Assembly: GCA_040905465.1 (NCBI GenBank)
Contig: JBBDRK010000057.1
Location: forward strand, 23,801 to 46,064
Origin: Trueperaceae bacterium
GTDB taxonomy: Bacteria; Deinococcota; Deinococci; Deinococcales; Trueperaceae
Length of the DNA stretch: 22,264 bases
Reading direction: 5' to 3'
The notes below the pieces were generated by a model. That model had not been told where the DNA came from. It made no database searches and saw nothing but the letters and a program-made list of their open reading frames with translations. Below, in pieces: positions 17,593 through 22,264 of this stretch; the stretch's first letter is position 1; each line of letters starts with the position of its first letter. Made by a program: the position numbers and the translations under genes.

Positions 17593-19322
17593 CAGACCGT
17601 TACCTCGGTCCTCTTCGACGCTTCCGCTTTCTCCTCGTCCAAATCGGGCTCCTGATCGCCGATTATCATCTCGTCGACGCCGGCACCCGCGGGAATCATG
17701 GGGAATACCTTTTCCGACTCGTAGACCACGAAGTTCAGTACCGTCGGCCTGCGGGCGGCGATTGCGTCCGTCACTGCCTGTCGCGCCGATTCGCGATCGA
17801 AGATGTTGTGCCCCTCGATACCGTACGCCTCGGCCAGCTTGGCGAAGTCCGGGTTGCAGTCCGCCAGGAAAACCTCGCTGTAGCGCTGGGCGTGGAACAT
17901 CTCCTGCCACTGGCGCACCATCCCCAGCATCCCGTTGTTGCAGATGGCCACGACTATCGGCAACTGATGCTTGTAGATGGTGGCGAGTTCCTGGATGTTC
18001 ATCTGGATGCTGCCGTCTCCAGATACGACCACCACCGTCTCGTCGGGCCGTGCGAACGCAGCCCCGATGGCTGCCGGCAGGCCGAATCCCATGGTGCCCA
18101 GGCCGCCGGAGGTGATGAAGCTGCGCGGGCGGTTGGTGGTGAAGAGCCGGGCAGCGAACATCTGGTGCTGGCCAACGTCGGTCGTGACTATGCACTCGCC
18201 CTCGGCGGCGTCGCGCAGCATCTCGATGACTTCCTGGGACACCAGCGGCTTGTCGACCTTGTAGCGCTCCCGGTAGGAACCCTTCCACTCGTTGAGCTGC
18301 GCCCACCAATCGTCCCACTTGCCGGGGCCGACAAGCGGCTCGATCTCGTCGCCCAGCCGCGGCAAGACGTCTCGCAGGTCTCCTACCACCGGTACGTGTG
18401 CCTTGACCAGCTTGGAGATCTCGGCCGGATCGATGTCGATGTGAACCACGGTCGCATTGGGAGCGAAGCGGGAGATCTTGCCGGTGACCCGATCGTCGAA
18501 GCGCAGTCCAGCGCCTACTATCAGGTCGCAGTTGGTTATCGCCCGGTTGGCGGTGACCGTTCCGTGCATCCCCGGCATGCCCAGCGAGCTGGGGGCGCCG
18601 TATGGATATGCGCCGATGCCCATCAGCGTGCTGATCACCGGCAGGCCGGTACGTTCGGCGAAGGCCGCTACCTGTTCCGACGCTACCTGGGCGCCGCCTC
18701 CGACCATCAGGATCGGACGCTTCGCTTCGCTTATCGTCTTGGCGGCTCGGCGGATCTGACCGGCATGGCCGACCACCGTCGGTCGGTAACCGGGAAGGTC
18801 TATCTTCACCTGAAACGACCCCTCGAACGCCGCTTGCTGGACGTCCTTGGGGATATCTACCAGGACCGGGCCGGGGCGGCCGGTCGTGGCGATGTGGAAG
18901 GCCTCGGCTATCACCCGGGGGATGTCCTCGACCCGCTTCACCAGATAGTTGTGCTTGGTTACCGGCAGGGTTATGCCGTAGACGTCGGCCTCCTGGAAAG
19001 CGTCGGTGCCTATCAGGGCGGTGGCCACGTTGCCGGTTATCGCCACCACCGCCGAGGAATCCATCATCGCCGTCGCCAGCCCGGTAACGAGGTTCGTAGC
19101 GCCGGGACCGCTCGTCGCGAAGGTCACGCCGCAGCGGCCGGAGGCCCGGTAATAGGCGTCGGCCGCGTGGGCGGCCGCCTGCTCGTGACGCATCAGGATG
19201 TGGCGGATCGGCGAGTCGTATACGGCGTCGTAGATCGGCATGATGGCGCCACCCGGAAGTCCGAAGACGGTGTCGACTCCCTGGTGTTCGAGGGCGGTGA
19301 GCACGGCTGCCGCGCCGTTCAT
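17592..19322 (-). CDS. ilvB: Acetolactate synthase large (catalytic) subunit
   Basis: MNGAAAV..FGLPGGAIMP, RHEQ, TSGPGATN, GRPGPV, FDDRVTG, DVGQHQM and the ThDP motif GDGS..NN. Start ATG 19322; the extension to 19445 runs through the terminator. Confidence 0.96.
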   Translation of the reverse strand: MNGAAAVLTALEHQGVDTVFGLPGGAIMPIYDAVYDSPIRHILMRHEQAAAHAADAYYRASGRCGVTFATSGPGATNLVTGLATAMMDSSAVVAITGNVATALIGTDAFQEADVYGITLPVTKHNYLVKRVEDIPRVIAEAFHIATTGRPGPVLVDIPKDVQQAAFEGSFQVKIDLPGYRPTVVGHAGQIRRAAKTISEAKRPILMVGGGAQVASEQVAAFAERTGLPVISTLMGIGAYPYGAPSSLGMPGMHGTVTANRAITNCDLIVGAGLRFDDRVTGKISRFAPNATVVHIDIDPAEISKLVKAHVPVVGDLRDVLPRLGDEIEPLVGPGKWDDWWAQLNEWKGSYRERYKVDKPLVSQEVIEMLRDAAEGECIVTTDVGQHQMFAARLFTTNRPRSFITSGGLGTMGFGLPAAIGAAFARPDETVVVVSGDGSIQMNIQELATIYKHQLPIVVAICNNGMLGMVRQWQEMFHAQRYSEVFLADCNPDFAKLAEAYGIEGHNIFDRESARQAVTDAIAARRPTVLNFVVYESEKVFPMIPAGAGVDEMIIGDQEPDLDEEKAEASKRTEVTV

Positions 19323-19345
19323 GTGGCGTTTACTCGCTGTCCCAT
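19319..19345 (-). other. 8-codon mini-ORF (MGQRVNAT*) overlapping the ilvB start
   Basis: AGGAGG (19356-19351), 5-nt spacer, ATG GGA CAG CGA GTA AAC GCC ACA TGA; the TGA overlaps the ilvB ATG as ATGA. Confidence 0.6.
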
Positions 19346-19384
19346 TACTTCCTCCTGTGCACTTGCGCCGCCGGGCGGGGGCGG

Positions 19385-19428
19385 AAAAAGAAAAAACCCC
19401 GTCAACATCGGGTCGACGGGGTTTTTTC
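19385..19428 (-). terminator. Intrinsic terminator of the ilv attenuator
   Basis: Minus strand GAAAAAACCCCGTC-gacccgatgtt-GACGGGGTTTTTTC-TTTTT: a 14-bp inverted repeat with a U-tract, between the leader peptide and ilvB. Confidence 0.9.
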
Positions 19429-19445
19429 GTCGTATGGGCTTGCAA

Positions 19446-19541
19446 CTAGACGACGGCACCCCTCAGCGAAAGACCTAGAATCACGATCGCCACCCGGCGC
19501 CCGGGACGCTGACCTACGTTGCTGTGAGGTACGCGCTTCAC
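19446..19541 (-). CDS. ilv operon leader (attenuator) peptide, 31 aa
   Basis: GTG..TAG encodes MKRVPHSNVGQRPGRRVAIVILGLSLRGAVV. The Val/Ile/Leu cluster lies just before the antiterminator/terminator, and the GTG is 8 nt after the -10 box. Confidence 0.85.
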   Translation of the reverse strand: MKRVPHSNVGQRPGRRVAIVILGLSLRGAVV

Positions 19542-19549
19542 TGGCGCAG

Positions 19550-19578
19550 AGTATACGGGGTGCTAAGGTGACTGTCAA
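19550..19578 (-). promoter_or_regulatory. Sigma70 promoter of the ilv-leu operon
   Basis: Minus strand TTGACA (19578-19573), 17-bp spacer, TATACT (19555-19550). Confidence 0.85.
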
Positions 19579-19832
19579 GCACGGTTTTCTCGGGGGGCTT
19601 TACCCTCGTGGCCCGACGCGGACCGGCGCGCTTTCGGTCGGTACGTCGGCGCGCGGCCGGCAGGTGGAAGTAAGGGCCGCCGGAAGGCGGCAGAAGTGAT
19701 CGCCGGAAGGCGCGAGTGCGGCGAACTTCGTGGTCCCTTGCCAGGTTCCGCGGGCGAAGCTGCAGCATAATGCCTTCGATTGATCAGCGTCGCGCGTAGC
19801 TCTCTTGCGTCCAGTAGCCGAGGAGGTTGACG

Positions 19833-20138
19833 ATCGAAACTCTCAGGGTATCCGGAACTTCCAGACCGAACTCGGTCGCCGGAGCTATAGCTGCCCTCCT
19901 GCGCAACGAGGGCGAGGTGGAGGTGCAGGCGATAGGTCCCCACGCGGTGAACCAGGCGGTAAAGGCGATCGCAATCGCTCGCAGTTATATCGAAGCGGAC
20001 GGTCTGGACCTCACGACGCGCCCATCGTTCGTCAAGCTCGAGCTGCAGAGTGAGGAGCGCACGGCCGTGAGATTCGCGGTGAACCGGGTAGTGCTCCCGG
20101 AAGGCGCCGGTCCAGAAGCGCGCACTGCCGAAAGCTGA
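19833..20138 (+). CDS. spoVS: SpoVS family protein (Alba-like fold)
   Basis: ETLRVSGTSRPNSVAGAIA..VEVQAIGPHAVNQAVKAIAIAR..ERTA is the family signature. Start proposed at ATC 19833; TTG 19827 is the alternative. Confidence 0.92.
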   Translation: METLRVSGTSRPNSVAGAIAALLRNEGEVEVQAIGPHAVNQAVKAIAIARSYIEADGLDLTTRPSFVKLELQSEERTAVRFAVNRVVLPEGAGPEARTAES

Positions 20139-20258
20139 GGGGTCAGACCGGAAGGAAATCGCAACGGGGTGGTCGATTGCGATGACTCGCAGATGCTCCT
20201 GCCATGAAGTCGATCACCACGCTGCCATCTGGAATATTCCGTGTCTAGGAAATCTGAG

Positions 20259-20264
20259 TATAAT
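20259..20264 (+). promoter_or_regulatory. Putative -10 box for the metallopeptidase-rsmB genes
   Basis: Perfect TATAAT in a relatively AT-rich intergenic patch about 70 nt before the start; -35 is poor. Confidence 0.5.
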
Positions 20265-20335
20265 GCTGTCAAGTTGGGGCAGACGAAGAGAGCCGCCCCC
20301 CCCGCCCGGACTCTCCATAGGAGGAGCGAGAGACA

Positions 20336-21007
20336 GTGTTGATGTACTACCTGATCGGAATCGTCGCATTCGCCGCGTCCATGTTGGTGCAGTGGTGGCT
20401 TCGCAACACCTACCGCATCTGGATGGCGCGCCCCAATGCCTCTGGGCTCACGGGGCGCGACGCCGCCTTGGCGATCCTCGACGCCAACGGCGTTACCGAC
20501 GTGAAAGTCGAGATGGTGAAGGGAACTCTCACCGACCACTACGATCCCACCAGCAAGACCGTCCGGCTTTCGGAGGGCAACTTCGGCCGGGCAAGCGTGG
20601 CGGGCATGGCCGTGGCCGCTCACGAAGTCGGCCATGCGCTTCAGCACAATCTCGGGTATACCCCGCTGCAATGGCGTACCTCTTTGCTTCCGGTGGCCAG
20701 CATCGGTAGCCAGTGGGGTCCGATCCTGGCGATGATCGGCCTGTTCCTGACCGGTGGTCCCAATATCCTGCTGACCATAGGCATCTGGCTTTTCGCCGGA
20801 GCGGTGCTGTTCCACCTGGTAACCCTTCCTATCGAGTTCGACGCCAGCCGAAGGGCACTCAGTCAGCTCGACCGGCTCGGCATCGTCACCAGCCAGGATG
20901 CCGGCGGGGCTCGAGCCGTCCTCACCGCCGCGGCGATGACCTACGTAGCAGCGGCCGCGACCGCCATTACCTACCTGATCTACTTCATCATGGCCAGCCG
21001 GAGGTAG
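20336..21007 (+). CDS. Putative neutral zinc metallopeptidase, YugP family (membrane)
   Basis: GTLTDHYDP, AVAAHEVGHALQ (HExxH), LVTLPIEFDASRRA and VLTAAAMTYVAA motifs; AGGAGG upstream. Start could be 20336, 20339 or 20342. Confidence 0.9.
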   Translation: MLMYYLIGIVAFAASMLVQWWLRNTYRIWMARPNASGLTGRDAALAILDANGVTDVKVEMVKGTLTDHYDPTSKTVRLSEGNFGRASVAGMAVAAHEVGHALQHNLGYTPLQWRTSLLPVASIGSQWGPILAMIGLFLTGGPNILLTIGIWLFAGAVLFHLVTLPIEFDASRRALSQLDRLGIVTSQDAGGARAVLTAAAMTYVAAAATAITYLIYFIMASRR

Positions 21008-21011
21008 CCGC

Positions 21012-22264
21012 ATCTCAGGGCCGCGAACCCTTGCAGTAGACGTCTTGCGCCGCGTTCATCGCGGCGCTTTTGCTGCGCCCTCGCTCTCGAGCGCCATGGA
21101 CGGACTGGCGGAGGCCCGCGACCGGGGCCTGCTAACCGATCTCGTCTACGGGACCCTGCGTAATCAGTTGCTCCTGGACGCCTGCCTCGCCGGGCGTCTT
21201 CCGGCGCCGCAGCGCTTGCCGGAAGACGCCCGCAACGCATTGCGACTGGCAACCTACGAGCTGCTCATCCGGGGCACGCCGCCACACGCTGCGGTCGACG
21301 AGTGGGTCGAGGTGGTAAAGGCGTCGGCCCCACGGCTGGCCGGGCTCGCAAACGCGGTACTTCGGCGCGTCGAGGTTCCCGCGAACCTGCCGTGGGACGT
21401 GCTGCACTCGCTACCGGCGTGGCTCGCCGAGAGGCTGCGGGCGCTGCTCGGGGACGCCGCGGTCGAAGCCGCCGCGGGCATGCTGACGGCGGAGCCGCTG
21501 TGGTTGTCGAGCTTCGGCGAAGACGCGGCAAGGGTGCTGGTCGAAGACGGCTGCGAGGTCAGTGACGGACCTGTCACCGGCAGCCTGGCAGTACGAATTC
21601 CCCGGCCGCTGGCCACCTTGAACGCGTTTCGCAACGGCCTGGTGCAGCCGCAGAACCCGGCCTCACGGCTTTCGGCCACCCTTCTCGCCCCTGCCGCCGG
21701 TGAGCGGGTGCTGGACCTGGCGTCCGGCAACGGGATCAAGAGCGCTCAGTTGGCGTACATGGGGGCGCGCGTGACGGCGGTGGAGATCGACCGGCGCAAG
21801 GTCGAGCGGGCGGAGTCCAACCTTGCCAGGCTCGGCCTGGGCGTGGAGCATCTGGTAGCCGACCTGCGCCGTAAGCCCGATCTGCCGCCCGCGCTCAAGG
21901 TAATTCTCGACGCACCATGCAGCGGGACCGGAACGCTGCGCGGCAACCCCGAGATCAAGTTGCGCCTGCGGGAGCACGACATCGCAGAGCTGACCACCCT
22001 GCAGGCCGCGATGCTGGACACGGCGGCGGCGCTCACCTCGCCCGGTGGCACCCTGGTGTATTCGGTGTGCGCCCTGACCGCGGATGAAGGACCGGTACAG
22101 GTGGAGCGCTTTCTTGCGCGGCACGACGAATTCGAGCCGCTGTCAGTGGAACTTCCGCTGGAGCCACCGGCCGAGGGCAGTTCGAATCGACAGGTCAGCC
22201 TGAGCGCCGGTCCCGGCCGGGTGGTCCTGCCCATCTCCGGTCTCGATGGCTTCTTCATCGCGCG
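21012..22264 (+). CDS. rsmB: RsmB/Sun family rRNA m5C methyltransferase with N-terminal NusB-like domain; 3' end truncated by the window
   Basis: Not in the ORF track because there is no stop in the window. DRGLLTDLVYGTLR, LANAVLRR, QPQNPAS, VLDLASGNGIK, LDAPCSGTG, LVYSVC and DGFFIA motifs. Start proposed at ATC 21012. Confidence 0.9.
   Translation, partial: MSGPRTLAVDVLRRVHRGAFAAPSLSSAMDGLAEARDRGLLTDLVYGTLRNQLLLDACLAGRLPAPQRLPEDARNALRLATYELLIRGTPPHAAVDEWVEVVKASAPRLAGLANAVLRRVEVPANLPWDVLHSLPAWLAERLRALLGDAAVEAAAGMLTAEPLWLSSFGEDAARVLVEDGCEVSDGPVTGSLAVRIPRPLATLNAFRNGLVQPQNPASRLSATLLAPAAGERVLDLASGNGIKSAQLAYMGARVTAVEIDRRKVERAESNLARLGLGVEHLVADLRRKPDLPPALKVILDAPCSGTGTLRGNPEIKLRLREHDIAELTTLQAAMLDTAAALTSPGGTLVYSVCALTADEGPVQVERFLARHDEFEPLSVELPLEPPAEGSSNRQVSLSAGPGRVVLPISGLDGFFIA

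Noticed and set aside
17593-18318. N-terminal extension of the ilvN ORF to 416 aa
   Set aside because: Alternate frame inside ilvB; homology starts at ATG 17592.
8105-19478. Long + strand ORFs opposite gltB, cimA, leuA, ilvC and ilvB (e.g. 9083..10216, 14363..15868, 15847..17121, 17808..19478)
   Set aside because: Typical stop-poor antisense frames of GC-rich genes with no recognisable motifs.
20141-20165. GGTCAGACCGGAAGGAAATCGC resembles the SRP RNA helix-8 region
   Set aside because: Lacks the CAGG and AGCAG internal-loop motifs, and no long enclosing helix is evident.

Overview
GC-rich chromosomal housekeeping region. Gene content suggests a Deinococcota (Truepera/Thermus-like) bacterium; that assignment is inference. 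Left part: partial SPOR-like gene, rapZ-yvcK plus a DOMON-like membrane protein, and murA divergent from a small ribbon-helix-helix gene and a Ser/Thr kinase with a PQQ-type propeller (RqkA-like). Middle, minus strand: ilvB-ilvN-ilvC-leuA-cimA, then gltB with its own consensus promoter and no adjacent gltD. Right part: spoVS, a YugP-type zinc metallopeptidase and rsmB (truncated by the window). No mobile elements, CRISPR arrays, tRNA or rRNA genes were seen. The notable signals are regulatory and missing from the ORF track: (1) a complete ilv attenuator with a near-leaderless 31-aa Val/Ile/Leu-rich leader peptide; (2) an 8-codon SD-led mini-ORF coupled to the ilvB start; (3) apparent non-canonical ATC start codons behind strong Shine-Dalgarno sites in both spoVS and rsmB; (4) a ~145-nt gltB leader with mutually exclusive SD-sequestering helices.
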